Shown here piece by piece: positions 11,220 through 23,831 of a stretch of 64,000 nucleotides of DNA (positions are counted from its first letter, which is position 1; each line of letters starts with the position of its first letter). The DNA lies in contig OX597825.1 of assembly GCA_951406725.2 (NCBI GenBank), positions 31,930,001 through 31,994,000 of the forward strand, in the 5' to 3' direction. Source of the DNA: Octopus vulgaris. Its lineage: Eukaryota. The notes below the pieces were generated by a model. It made no database searches and was not told where the DNA came from. It saw only the letters and a program-made list of their open reading frames with translations. Position numbers and translations under genes: made by a program.

Positions 11220-11605
11220 TCATTTGTTTTACGACTGTTTTTCCATGCTGGCATGTGTTAGAGGAGTATGTCATTGAGGCTGTATATTACAGCTACAGGC
11301 CCTTCCTGTTAACCCTTACCAGGATTTGCAAGTTGGCATCTCTTCACACATCTTTGAAGACACGGAGCAAGTGGACAATTTGTTGATAGGAGAAATAAAA
11401 TCAACACTGCTTGTTGCTGAAACTTTCATAGAGTACAAATGCAAACAGATATACAGGTTTCTTGCAGTGTCCATCCACCAAATTCACTTACAAGGCTTTG
11501 GTTGGCCAAGGGCTATATAAAAGACATTTGCCCAAGGTGCAATGAGACTGAACCTGAAATCACATGGTTGGGAAGTGAATTTCTTAATCACATCACTATG
11601 CTTCA
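11220..11605 (-). mobile_element. Composite SINE: family A head with an RTE-type tail
   Basis: 11460-11605 matches the family A head; 11220-11320 matches the TTTCCATGCTGGCATG...CCCTTCCT tail family. Confidence 0.6.
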
Positions 11606-11953
11606 GACACACACACATATATCTCAATTTATATGCAAAATATTTCACTATAAATTTTGATGTTTGTGTATGAGAAAATTACAGTACTGTTAATGTTTCA
11701 TGGAAAATGGTTCTAAGAGTTATATGTTTGATATTCAGATGGCATAAGATAAACATAATTAGGATTAAATAATTTTAAAACCTCTTTTATTGAAATATAC
11801 CAATGAACTTACTTGAAATAATGTAGTTAAATGTTCTTTGAAACTTTTCTCCTTTAAACTATCTCCCAATTAATGTTAATTTTAATATATCTTTAAACAC
11901 GTAAATATTTTAAGCTTTATGTTTTTTTTATATTTGCTTTTGTTCTATTCTAG

Positions 11954-12198
11954 GCATATGGAGCAGCAGTGTCATTTTATGAAGAATTCCCTGAAGAAAA
12001 GTTAACAGATTTTCAGCTACGGCATTTGGGTCTGAAAAACAAACATATCCGCGAACAGTATCGCATTCCGAAGACGGTGCATTCAAACAAATGTATTTGT
12101 CTTCTTTCACGTTGGCCTTTCTTTGATGCTTTCAAGAAATTCCTATCCTATCTATACAGGATATCAATAACAGGCCCTTATAATGTTCCAATCGAGAG
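11954..12198 (+). CDS. DENND4: DENND4 exon d (uDENN) [11 protein letters not shown]...[19 protein letters not shown]...PIER
   Basis: ttctag| ... |gtgagt; 245 nt, phase 0-2. Confidence 0.95.
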
Positions 12199-12285
12199 GT
12201 GAGTGGAATGAAGAGTCTCCTTTTACTGAAATCTGTTTTTTTAATCATCATCTTTGTAAGTTTTAAACCATCTTCATGTGATTAA

Positions 12286-12708
12286 CCCTCAAACATTTAA
12301 ACTGACCATATCCAGCTTGAGATTTATACTAGCTAGATCTGGCATGTCACACCTACCCTTTAACATTATTCCAAAAATAAACCATTATATTGTCAAAATC
12401 TCAAAGCTGAGATAATCTTTTATACTCTTGTCACAAGGCCCGAAATTTTGGGGGAGGGTGCCAGTCGATTGACCCCAGTATGCAACTGGTACTTAATTTA
12501 TCAACCCCGAAAGGATGAAAGGCAAAGTCGACCTCGACGGAATTTGAACTCAGAACATAAAGACAGACAAAATACTGCTAAGCATTTTGCCCAACGTGCT
12601 AACGTGTCTGCCAGCTCGCTGCCTTAAAGCTATGAGATAATGCATAATTAATGCAAAACAATGTGAATAAATATTCCTCTTGATACAGAAATCTGAATAT
12701 TGAAGGAT
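12286..12708. mobile_element. piggyBac-like MITE family 2 split by a SINE B insertion
   Basis: the two halves match the reverse complement of 34454-34660; AAAGCT(AT)GAGATAAT is duplicated around the SINE. Confidence 0.7.
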
Positions 12709-13470
12709 GAATCCAAATTCAAGTGGGGCTGTCACCATTCTCTATGGAAGCATTTATGTACTGTAACTGAGATTATGATACTGGGTTACAGGCCATGCTG
12801 TCGTATTCAAATTTCAGTTTTTCTTTCTACTGTAGGCACAAGGCCTGAAGTATTGGGGAGGGTGCTAGTACTTTACATTGACCCCCAGTACTTGACTGGT
12901 AATTTATTTTATCTACACTGAAAGAATGAAAGTCATTTGAACTTGGAACATAAACAGCCTGAAGAAATTCTGCTAAACATATTTGTCTGGTGTGCTAATG
13001 ATTCTACCACCTTGCCACCTTTATTTGTTCAAAAACTGGTTTCAAATAGCAATTTCAGAGGAGGGGAACTTGATTACATCGGCCCCAGTACTCAGCTGGC
13101 ATTTTATATATCAACCCCGTTGCAAAAGAATAAAAAAAAGAGTTGACCTCAGCAGCATTTGAATTCAGAATATCAAGGCAGAAGAAATGCCATTAGGCAT
13201 TTTGTCTGGTATGGTAACAATTCTCCCAATGTACCTGCCTTACATGTGTTCAAATATTGATTTCAAATTTTGGTACAAGATCTGCAATGTTAGAGAGGGG
13301 TTAAGTCCATTATAGTGACTCCAGTGCTCAACTGGTACTTATTCCATTAACCCTGAAAGGATGAAAAGCAAAATCGACCTTGGAAGAATTTGAACTCAGA
13401 ACATAAAAATAGATGAAATGCTGTTAAGCATTTTGCCCACCGTGCCAACGATTCTACCAGCTCACTGCCT
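12420..13470 (-). mobile_element. Cluster of four same-orientation SINE family B copies
   Basis: repeated GGATGAAAGGCAAAGTCGACCTC..GGAATTTGAACTCAGAAC...CTGCCAGCTC units at about 12420, 12825, 13040 and 13260. Confidence 0.85.
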
Positions 13471-14658
13471 GCATGTTTTCAAATATTAAGAGCCCTAATG
13501 TCGTGCTCTTGTGGACAAGGGACATAACTTTGTTATTCTAGTTCCCTTAATAAAATATAAAAATTGGTACCTCGCCTGAATTTCAGTTGAATGGTTGATG
13601 TTAGGCTAAGTATTCAACTATCAAAGAATCTGTTGTGACATGAAAGTCTCCCACCTAGCCAAATAAACATAGGGAAACAAATATCAATGGAAAAGTGGAA
13701 AATCCTGACAGCACATAAAATGTTCCTCCTACATTTGTCATCGTTGTCATTAATCTTCTACATCTTGTTTTTCTATGCTGGCATCAGTTGGACAAGGATT
13801 TGTGAGGCAGTGTTCCATGCCTTCAATATGGCTGAGTGTGCTTTTATGCTTTTCAAGTAAGGTATTCTTAGCACATCAGACAAAAATACTTAGCAACATT
13901 TCATCCGTCGTTACATTCTGAGTTCAAATACCACCAAGGTCAGCTGTGCCTTTCATCCTTTCAGGGTCAACATAATGTAAAGTACTAGTTGAGCACTGAG
14001 ATCAGTGTAACCAATGAGGCCTCCCTCCCCCAATATTTTTGGCCTTGTTCCTATAGTAGAAACGATTATTATATACAATACTGACAGATTTTAAACCAAT
14101 CCAGAAGTCTGAATAAATTTTAGGCATTTCAAGTTACTTCCTAATGATTTCTTACTTGTTTCATTGCCGAATACACTTTCTCTCATATCAGATAAATCTC
14201 ATCAAATGGAAGATTCAAACCAGAGTTCAATGCTTAATAGTATTACCACTGCAGAGGAGAACAAGGTTAAGATGGATCCTCTGTGTGGTGGCTCAACTTG
14301 CATCAAATTACCATCTACCACCTTAGAGAAAAGCCAGGACACAATTGATAATGTCCTACTTATATGTAGAATAGAATGCCTTTCATCATAAGTCTGTGAG
14401 ATTAGAGTTTATTTAGGACTCAACAACTAAAAAAGTGGTTTCTTGAATCCACTCTTTCCTCTGCTTAATTGACAACAGTATCATAGAAGAGATTATAAGA
14501 TTAAGACAAAATAATGTTCCTTTCTCTTTCTCTCAAAAAAATCTTCCCATGTAAATTTTGAAATTGTAAGTTTTCAATTTGGTATAATCTATTCATATTT
14601 CTAGAATACTTCAAATAATATTGGTGATAATAATAATGCTTTTGTTTTATTATTTCAG

Positions 14659-14725
14659 GCATATTTCTCATTTCATGTTTGATGTTCCTTATCCATCTCC
14701 ACAAAGGCCAAGAATTCTTGTACAG
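14659..14725 (+). CDS. DENND4: DENND4 exon e [22 protein letters not shown]
   Basis: tttcag| ... |gtaatt; 67 nt, phase 2-0. Confidence 0.95.
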
Positions 14726-16191
14726 GTAATTCTTCTCTGACTGGTTCTTTTGTTTCTGTTTATATTTTAGTAGATCTTTTTCTTTAATTATAGCTCCTTC
14801 TTTCTACACACTTCTCTTGATTATTTTTGTTGTCTGTCATATATGGATTAAATTATATTACCTGTTTTATGTTCAAACTGACCTGATATGGCCTCTCACA
14901 CCTACCCTACAAAGTCATTCTAAAAATAAACAATTACATCATCAAATGCTAAAAGGGTTAAATGCAAGGCCAAGTTTTGAAGAGTTGTTCCCTTGAATTA
15001 AACAATCAAAAATCTATTTAATCAGAGCTAAGATCAGAGTGTTCCAATCATGACTATCCTATCAAACAGTGGATTCAGAACTCTCTTGTACTATGTATTA
15101 CACTCTTCTTCAAAATAGTGTGGTCTAGTTTGATTGGAACTTGATAGGAAAAGCTACTCACTTGAATGAAAAATTACATAGTGCACTGCCATTATGTGAA
15201 TTGTGTGTAAAAAATATTTTCATCTTATTTAAAATAATTTGGGTTATAATTCCTAAAGATAGCATCAAGGTCTAACAACCAAAGGTTTGTTTATTTCAGT
15301 CATTTAATTTTGATGCTGTTAGAATCAGGCATGCTTTTCCAGATACTGACCATATGTCAGACTATATTCACTGATAATGTGGACTAGCAATTAGGGTATG
15401 AGGAAAATTGTTGAACATATAGAACATTCACCATAATTCTGTAAAACATTGTGCTATCTAAAATAAATCTGAGATTATAATGCCTCAAAAAAAAGACAAC
15501 ATATATTGACCTTACATATGTAAAAGATGTGTGAGTGTGTCATCATCATTATTTAACATCTGCCTTCCATGCTAGTATGGCTGGGACGATTTCACAAGAG
15601 CTGGTTAGGCAGACGCCTGCACCAGTCTTCTGTCACTGTTTTGGCAGGATTTTTACAGCTGGATGCCCTTCCTAACACCAACCACTCATCAGAGTGGACT
15701 TTGTGTTTTTTTACATAGCACAAGCACAAACGAGGAAGTGTCTTAGCTGTATCACAGTTAAATGTGACCTAACTAGGTTGAAATCTCACTCATTTGGTTG
15801 CCAAACCTATCTATTATCTATCGGTTACCTTAATATTATTTTAGAGCAAGACTATATATTCTTGTACCTAAGTTGCTGTTGTTTTCTAGCCCCAAGTCAA
15901 CCTTTTTCAAGCAGTCCTCTAATGAAAAGTTTTTCGGCTATGACCACCCAGTCTTTATGCTAGTATACCTAGTTACTCATTTAAATCATTTCTTACTGAT
16001 ACTTGACATTGTTTACATTGGCAGTATAGTTCTTAGATGAAATGCTATTTATTGTGGAGGAGATTTGAACTCATGAGGGACAAGATACCAGGTTTTCGTA
16101 TGAGAGCATCATTTAAACATGCAACACTGTAATTTCTGATTGGTTTGTTGATTGGTCTAATGAAGTAAAATACTCCTGAACAACCTCTTAA

Positions 16192-16411
16192 CCCTTTCGT
16201 TACTGTATTTATTTTGAGATGTTCTGTGTTTCGTTCAATTACTTTAAATACAACAGAGAATTTAGTAAAATAACTTAATTATCATTAAGCTAGTGTTAGG
16301 AACATAAATTGTGACTAAAGTTTGGTGGAAGATTTTAATTCAAAACTTATGAAAACAAGACATTTGTACTCAGAACCAGAACCGGTTTCAGCTGGGTTGG
16401 TAACGAAAGGG
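16192..16411. mobile_element. piggyBac-like MITE family 1 (220 bp)
   Basis: TTAA TSD and 12-bp TIR as at 10460. Confidence 0.9.
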
Positions 16412-16557
16412 TTAAACTAATCCTGATGATTCTCATCATCATATCAATTTGCTATAATATTAAATCCTATTTCTAATTTGTTATAATATTAAATACAATT
16501 TAATATAATATTAAATACTCTAATTTGTTATAATATTAAATGCTTTTGCTGTTTCAG

Positions 16558-16613
16558 TTAAACCATGAAGCCCTCTCTCTATCAATGCCAGAAGACTCAC
16601 CTTTACCTCAAAG
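16558..16613 (+). CDS. DENND4: DENND4 exon f LNHEALSLSMPEDSPLPQ
   Basis: tttcag| ... |gtatgt; 56 nt, phase 0-2. Confidence 0.92.
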
Positions 16614-16759
16614 GTATGTTTACCATATTCCTCACAATCATGAGATGTTTTTTCTTGACATTGTTGTAAAAAACATTTGTTTAAAATGCTGTGCAGTAGC
16701 ATTGAACCTGGGACCTTGTGCTTGTGAAGTGAACTTCTTAACCATTCGTCCATTAGGCA

Positions 16760-16791
<32 letters not shown>

Positions 16792-17756
16792 ATTTGTTAC
16801 GTAAGCATGCTTCCTTGGATTTGTATGGCAGGAATGTTGACAATTTGTAATATTTGTTTTTTCTCAAGGGTGTTAATGAATGTGAGTGAAGGGAATTAAA
16901 ACTATACTTGAATGAAGGTAACATCTTAATAAATTAAATTTACTGACATATTCTCAATTCCTTTATTCATTAATCACCAATACACTTGAGAATAGCAAAT
17001 GTAAGAAATTAGCAACTCTCCTGCCATATAAATATGTGCCAACATGTGATTTTGTTGAACGTAGAGATTTTAAGCTTTCCTAATTAATCTTATTGAATTC
17101 AAAGTTTAATTAAACTTGCAAATATTTACATATTTAGATCATCATCACCATCACTATACTCTGTCATCACAGTTTGTGTTGGTCCTTATTCAGAGTTTCT
17201 ACTTTTCTTGATGGGTCAGAGGACGGCATCTTGCTCACATTTCATGTTTAGCATACTTTCTACAGTTAGACACCCTTCCTAACACCAACTACTTGGAAAA
17301 ACTATATCGATATAAACTAAGGGTTTTATTTTGTGAATATTAAGTACATTTATCAAAGTATATTGCATTTGGTGGGAGGGAGTAGACTTGCTAATCACCC
17401 TTCACTCTGTTGCAAGCATCTGAAACAATTCTAAAGACAATTTCCTTCTTTCTGCCTCCTAGGTTTCAGACGCCTTGACAGTAGATCAAGGTCACAGCCC
17501 TTCCCCTTTTAATTTCAGTAAAAAAAATTTTTTTTTAAGTAAAGTAACTTACCATTTGTTACAATTACTTCAATAACAGATTATAGTAATTAAACTTTTT
17601 TCTTTATTTAATTCCTGAAACTCATTTACCTTGATAACTGTTTTTAAATGTCAATTTTTAAATTGTGAAAAAAAAAAGGAAAATTTAAATTACTGTGTTT
17701 GACTTTTCATACTTTGTTGCACTCATAATTTGGTTTAATTTTCTTGTCTTCATTAG

Positions 17757-17901
17757 TGGAGCCTCGTTTATTACACTGCTAAAAGACCTCGGTCCTGAGA
17801 ATTGTATGACCATTCTATTGCATGTTCTCCTTGAGCAAAAGATCCTCATCCACTCTCTACGTCCAGCAGTTTTGACAGGAGTGGCAGAAGCAGTGACCAC
17901 G
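17757..17901 (+). CDS. DENND4: DENND4 exon g (cDENN) [15 protein letters not shown]...[21 protein letters not shown]
   Basis: cattag| ... |gtatgt; 145 nt, phase 2-0. Confidence 0.95.
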
Positions 17902-18773
17902 GTATGTAACTAAAAGCAAAAACAAAGAAAGAAATAGTTGTTTATATTTGTTTTTATCTCACCATGTCCAGTATAACTTGATAGTCTATGAAAGTTTTAA
18001 TTTTCTGAATTATTCATGGAAAAGTAATCATTGCTGCTTTGTTTTAAATATTTGGCTGAAGTGATAAGTATTGTTGAGTTAATCAACCCTCATTTAATCA
18101 CCCTTCACCACCACCACCCTTGACAAATACCTATTAAGTTTTTGGAAAGATGCAAAGTGAAGTAAACCTCAGTGGTATGTAAATGCAGAATATTTAGGAA
18201 CAACTCCTCCAAGGTATTTAATCTGGGGCCATACCATTTTTGCCACAATGCAGCTTGTATAATAATAAATGTAGGTATGACTATGTAGGCAAAAGATTAT
18301 ATTGGGATGTTAGCCAAGTATCATCATCATCGTCTAATGTCCATTTCCCATGCTGGCATGGGTTGGACAGCTTGACAGGAACTGGCAAGACCACAGGCTG
18401 CACCAGGTTCCATAGCCAGTTTGGGCTTGGTTTCTGCAGCTGGATGCCCTTCTTGATGCCAACCACTTTACAGAGTGTACTTGATGCTTTTTACATGGCA
18501 GCAGTACCGACACTGAGGTTGATGTAATTGACCAGCCCCCAGGCCATTAAAAGTCGATGGCCTTGTCCCAAAATTAGAAACCGTTATTAATCCTACTGGC
18601 GTCACTTTGCCTTTCATCCTTGGAGGTCTCCCCATTTTGGGGGAAATTTTCTTGAGTGTTTGTGTCTTTGTTATTTCATTCTCTGCACACCTTTCTAGAA
18701 CCCCACATCATATCATACTGCATCATCCACAATCTCTTATTAATATTATTATTTTGTTTAATCTCTATTATAG

Positions 18774-18867
18774 ATGATATTTCCTCTTCACTGGCAATGT
18801 CCTTATATACCTTTGTGTCCACTTGGATTGTCCGGAGTATTAAGTGCCCCTTGTCCATTTATTGTTG
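18774..18867 (+). CDS. DENND4: DENND4 exon h (cDENN) [31 protein letters not shown]
   Basis: ttatag| ... |gtaagt; 94 nt, phase 0-1. Confidence 0.96.
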
Positions 18868-19729
18868 GTAAGTCTGGGTTTTCTTATTTATTTATTTTTT
18901 TTTGCAATTTAGATCAAGCTTTTTTGTTATTTTTTTTTTTAATCTTTCTCCTCAGAATTCATTTCTAGATATTATAGAACATTTTGTCATAAAAGTTACA
19001 CTTTTGGTTTATTGCTAAAAGGTAATGGGAATGCCAGAAAAAATACATATTCTTCATGAATACCTAATTTCTCAGCTACTGAGAGTGTGTGTGTGTGTAT
19101 AATATAGACATGGCTATGTGGTTAAGAAGTTTGCTTCCTAGTCATGTGGTCTTGAGTTCTATCTCAATGCATGGTACCTAGAGCAAGTGTCTTCTACTAT
19201 AATCACAAGTTGATCAAAGCCCACTAAATAGATATCAGTATGCTTAATTCTATATAAACATTGAAACTACAAACTAATTATTGGTTTTCTAAAGAACTTA
19301 ACATATTTCTTCAGAATGTTACATTGTATAAGAACCAATAAAACCGATATCATCGATTCAGCTAATTTTTGATCATGTGTGCTTGAATTTTGTTTGAGGT
19401 TATTTCACTTATCTTATGATTCTGGTTCTAATGAATAGCTCAAAGGAAGAACTGCTGTGCTAATTTATTTCCCAGACTTAAAAATTATAATACTGGGGTC
19501 GATTCATTGGGCTAAAACTTCTTTGAGATGATGCCCCAGCATGGCCACAGTTTGACTGAAATAAATCAAAGCATAATTCACGGGACTCTCTTTTTCTTAA
19601 TGCAAAGTGATTAAATAACTCAAAAGGTTATAAGAGATTCTTACTTAATTTATTTGTGTACGTATGTATGTCAGTAAAATGGTGTGTATTTTGATTTGAT
19701 TGTTATTATTTTATTTTCATATCAACTAG

Positions 19730-19811
19730 GTATTGATTCCAGGTATTTTGATCTGTATTCTCCCCCACCTGATGTAGTTTGTGTGGATTTGGACACCAAT
19801 ACAATTTGGTT
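19730..19811 (+). CDS. DENND4: DENND4 exon i [27 protein letters not shown]
   Basis: aactag| ... |gtaagt; 82 nt, phase 1-2. Confidence 0.95.
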
Positions 19812-20206
19812 GTAAGTTCACCTCATTGTTTTCATTTATAATTAATTAGTATTTGTATTATTTTTTTCCTTCAAATGTCAACAACCAGCTGCCTTTTTAT
19901 GTGCATTTCATGATTTAAATTAAGAAATATAAAAGGAACCAAAAAATAAAATTCATCAGATGTAAAATATTCTTTATGTTCTCATTAAAATATATTTTTA
20001 TTTCGGAGATATGTATTTGTCTGGCAAATGATTTGAAGTTGCTGTGGAACTACGTCAGTGACCAGGTTATAGTTAGAACAATAAAAATTTTGACTCCAAA
20101 TTATAAGTATTTCACTGTAGTTAAGTTTTTGTGTGTTTTTTAATGGCTAATCTGTGTCTTCCACATTGTAATTGCTTCTTTTTCTTTTCTTTTTTAACTT
20201 TTTCAG

Positions 20207-20246
20207 TGATGATAAAAAGGTTATAAATTCCAAATTATTACCTAAG
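20207..20246 (+). CDS. DENND4: DENND4 exon j (40 nt) DDKKVINSKLLPK
   Basis: tttcag| ... |gtatat; phase 2-0; needed to bridge the frame; matches DKK..WK.LPK. Confidence 0.9.
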
Positions 20247-20973
20247 GTATATAGATTTATTTATTTCATTTTCCATATTTCTAACACAAGTTATAGGATT
20301 GATGTTAATTGAAAGTAACTGATCAGCTAATATTAACAGCTTTTCTTGAAGCTGAGGAGAGATTAAATTTTGTGGCTTATCTGAGAGGCTACTGTTGTTG
20401 TGGAAAGAAAAAACTGGCAGACTGAAGGAATAAATTCTTTTGACAATTGTTGGGATACTTAAAGATATTCCACTCCAGTATTTTCTCTCTCTCTCAGTTT
20501 ACCCAGCTGGAGCACAGAAATAAAAAATTTTCTGCAACACAAGCATCTTATTTAAAGGAAATTTTCTCTCCGATCATTTTCATGTTGCAGAAAGAGCTAA
20601 ACACTGGTTTCAAGTGTCTCTGTGACTTCTTGAAGTTATGCATGTGTGTATAAAATGTATGATGGAATGAGTTTGACCATTACTTGTTAAACAAAACAAA
20701 AACAACTTTTTAGCCCATTTAATGATTGCAACTTGTACTACAATTACGAAAAAAAAAGGCTCTTTTCAATTAAATGCCACGAAGAATCATAACAATGACC
20801 ATTGCATACAAAATATACTAATTGTATTCAAATTTGTAAATCTAATTCAGCAATACTTTGGCTGCAATTTTCCAAAGAGAATTCAAAAGTAAAATCTGAT
20901 AATGTCCTAACAATCTACTGGAAACGATTTTTACAAAGAGATTATTTGCATTTAATATTTATTGTTCTTGTAG

Positions 20974-21114
20974 AAGCCTGCTCGAGTTCTTCAGGATACA
21001 CTCCACAAAATATTTAACCAGTTGTCAGCGCATACATCCACAACACCAACACCAGATGAAGTCTCTCTTGAACTGGCACCAATTGATTATGATTTCAAGG
21101 TTAAACAAAAAGAA
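20974..21114 (+). CDS. DENND4: DENND4 exon k KPARVLQDTLHKIF...DYDFKVKQKE
   Basis: ttgtag| ... |gtaagg; 141 nt, phase 0-0. Confidence 0.88.
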
Positions 21115-22075
21115 GTAAGGACTCATAAAAGCAATCAAGTTCACTTGCAACCTCATCTTATTTACAATCATATCCAGTCCTAAAATCATGCAATGAATTA
21201 AAATCGTATACATTTTTATATAGAATTGTGCAACACACAGGCAAGTGTCTCCTGCTCCAGCCCTACACTGACCAATGTCTTTTGAGGGAGAACACAAGGA
21301 GGTCATTTGTGTATATCTGTGTGTGCACAAATATGGATAAATATTGATTTTCCATAGCTTTGATTGTCACACCGGGGCAAAGCAGTAATATGATGTTTAC
21401 CTTCCTTATTTGGCATTTCTCTGCACTTTTGAAGACCTATAAGAAGTAAAAAAAAAATTTTTTTTTAAACCTTATTTGAAACACAGATATAAGTTGGTAC
21501 CAGGACAAGCATTCAGCTGTGAAATCCTACCTCAAATAAGTCCCCACCATCCAATTTATACTAGGATACTAAATGAACAATGGTTGATTATGCAAATATT
21601 GTCACATAGTTACTGACAAATTTTTATTAACAGATTATAAATCAGGTGAACATAGACTGTATGTAGCCTGAGAACTTGTGTCTTTGAGTATATCAAAACT
21701 TGAGACTTAACCAAGTTGAAGTTGTGATACTTCTGGTATCAGTCATGCAACTCCAAGTTAATTTTCCATCAAGATTGAACATATATTCTTAGAGAAAATT
21801 CATCCTATCCAAAGTAGATTCTTTTATAAATATTTTCTTTATTTTGCATGCCTTACTGTATTTTAATCACCATCATTATTAGTAGCTCATGAGATATCTT
21901 TTTGAATTGGTAAGAGAGAGGGGTTTAGTTTTTAAACAAGAAACAAAAAAAATACTAAAAGTATTTAAATGAGTTTTTATCTTAATTACATGTTTTAAAC
22001 AATGCAGTATATCAGTGGATTATTGTTAATTTCTAAACCAGATTTTATTTACTTTTGACATTTTTTATGTTTTAG

Positions 22076-22217
22076 ACAATGATAGAACTTCAAATACAGG
22101 AGGCCTTTTTACGTTTCATGGCTTGCTTGATGAAAGGCTACAAGACTTTTCTGCAACCAATAATGTGGGAGCCTACAGCCAGCACTACAAAAGCCGCTTC
22201 GTTGTTTGATATGCAAG
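22076..22217 (+). CDS. DENND4: DENND4 exon l (dDENN) [22 protein letters not shown]...SLFDMQ
   Basis: ttttag| ... |gtaatt; 142 nt, phase 0-1. Confidence 0.95.
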
Positions 22218-22681
22218 GTAATTATCTCTCATTAATACTTTGCTGAATGTGTACAGTAATGTATAAAATTAGCTATGAATAATATTAGCTCCATTAATGA
22301 AAATCTTCATGCCGGGTTGTCAACCAGTTCCTGTAAATCTCAAAGATTCGATGCTCTCTTGCACCACTTGAGTCCTTGCTCATTTATGTTGTTTATTAAA
22401 AGAGATGCAACGTTGCTATATTCCTTGACTGTCGCTATTAAAATCACACTGCCAAACTCTGCATAAATGAGTGAATACAGCAGTACCAATAACTAAGACA
22501 TGATTGCAAGACCTGTTTGATCTCCCCAAATATTCAGTTGGTTATATCCAGGATATGGATCTGTTCTGCAATAACAATTTTATATTCAGACAAATAACTT
22601 TTAATTTGATCTAAATGATTACTTTATTATTTTCTCTAACAAAGAATGTTCCTAAATAACCATTTTCATTCTCCTTTGCAG

Positions 22682-22827
22682 GATTTTTGAAGAGTCGTGA
22701 CAAAGCATACTTGAAGTTCTTCTCCTTACTAATTAAAACACAAACTTTCATCCGATTTATAGAAGAACGTTCCTTTGTATCTGATAAGGATGTCAGCTTA
22801 GCTTTTTTTGATGAATGTACTGAAAAG
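22682..22827 (+). CDS. DENND4: DENND4 exon m (dDENN) FLKSRDKAY...[28 protein letters not shown]
   Basis: ttgcag| ... |gtaaca; 146 nt, phase 1-0. Confidence 0.95.
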
Positions 22828-23775
22828 GTAACAATGTTTATGTTCTTTCCGTGTTCATTTGGGTTGCTCATTTATTTGAGGTACTTCTCTTTTCCCATTT
22901 CAGCATTTTAAATGAATGCTTATTGTTTTACAGCCAGATACCGTTGCTTTCATTACCCCTTAACTATTTTTCAAAGAAGAGAATTTCCATTCCTCATTTT
23001 CAAATATGCAGAGCTACCAGGCAATGTGTTGGCATGGACAACAGACAACTGTTGCTATAGCTCAATGATTGAATAATGTGAACATTCACACACACATGAC
23101 AGGCTTTATACAGTTTCTGTCTATTAAATTCCATTTCAAGGCATTGGTTGACCCAGGGATATGGTAGAAGACACTTGCCCAAGGTGCTGCACCATAGGAC
23201 TGAACCCAAGACTGCATGATTGGGAAGCACATTTTTTAATCACACAGGCATGCCTATACCTGTTGAATTTGCTATCAAGTGTTAAAAATTTGTTCCCTGG
23301 TACATAACCACCCTGACTTCTAACTTCCTGTTCTGTGTTTTTACCACTTTATTCTAAATTCAGTGAGAAAGTGCCTTCAGCTAATGCACTTTTTCAAATC
23401 TTTTCTTGAACACAGAGATATGAGTTTAAATCTTACTCTGCCTGCCTCCAGCCATTCTATTACTCTACCTACCCCACTGGATAAAGTACATAACTATACT
23501 TACTCCAGTTTGCTTTACTGGTGAACTAAATTTAAAGGCAAAGTCGACTGAGAAAAAAGAAGAAATTCTCTAAAAAATTTATTTTGCCACTCTGCTCTCT
23601 TTACCAAAATGTTATTTTTGCCCGATAGAAATAATATATACTACAATATCAATATGTACCTTGATATATATATATACCATATTGTAGACCTCTCTGACTT
23701 ACCAACAGTATTAGGTTTTTTAAGAATCCAACCTGAATAATAGTAAAACAGTCCTATTTCATTTCTGCTTTACAG

Positions 23776-23831
23776 GTGGAAGACACAAAAGATGAGCCAC
23801 AACTCATAGACTTTGATGACAGTCATAAAAG
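23776..23831 (+). CDS. DENND4: DENND4 exon n VEDTKDEPQLIDFDDSHK
   Basis: ttacag| ... |gtattt; 56 nt, phase 0-2. Confidence 0.9.
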
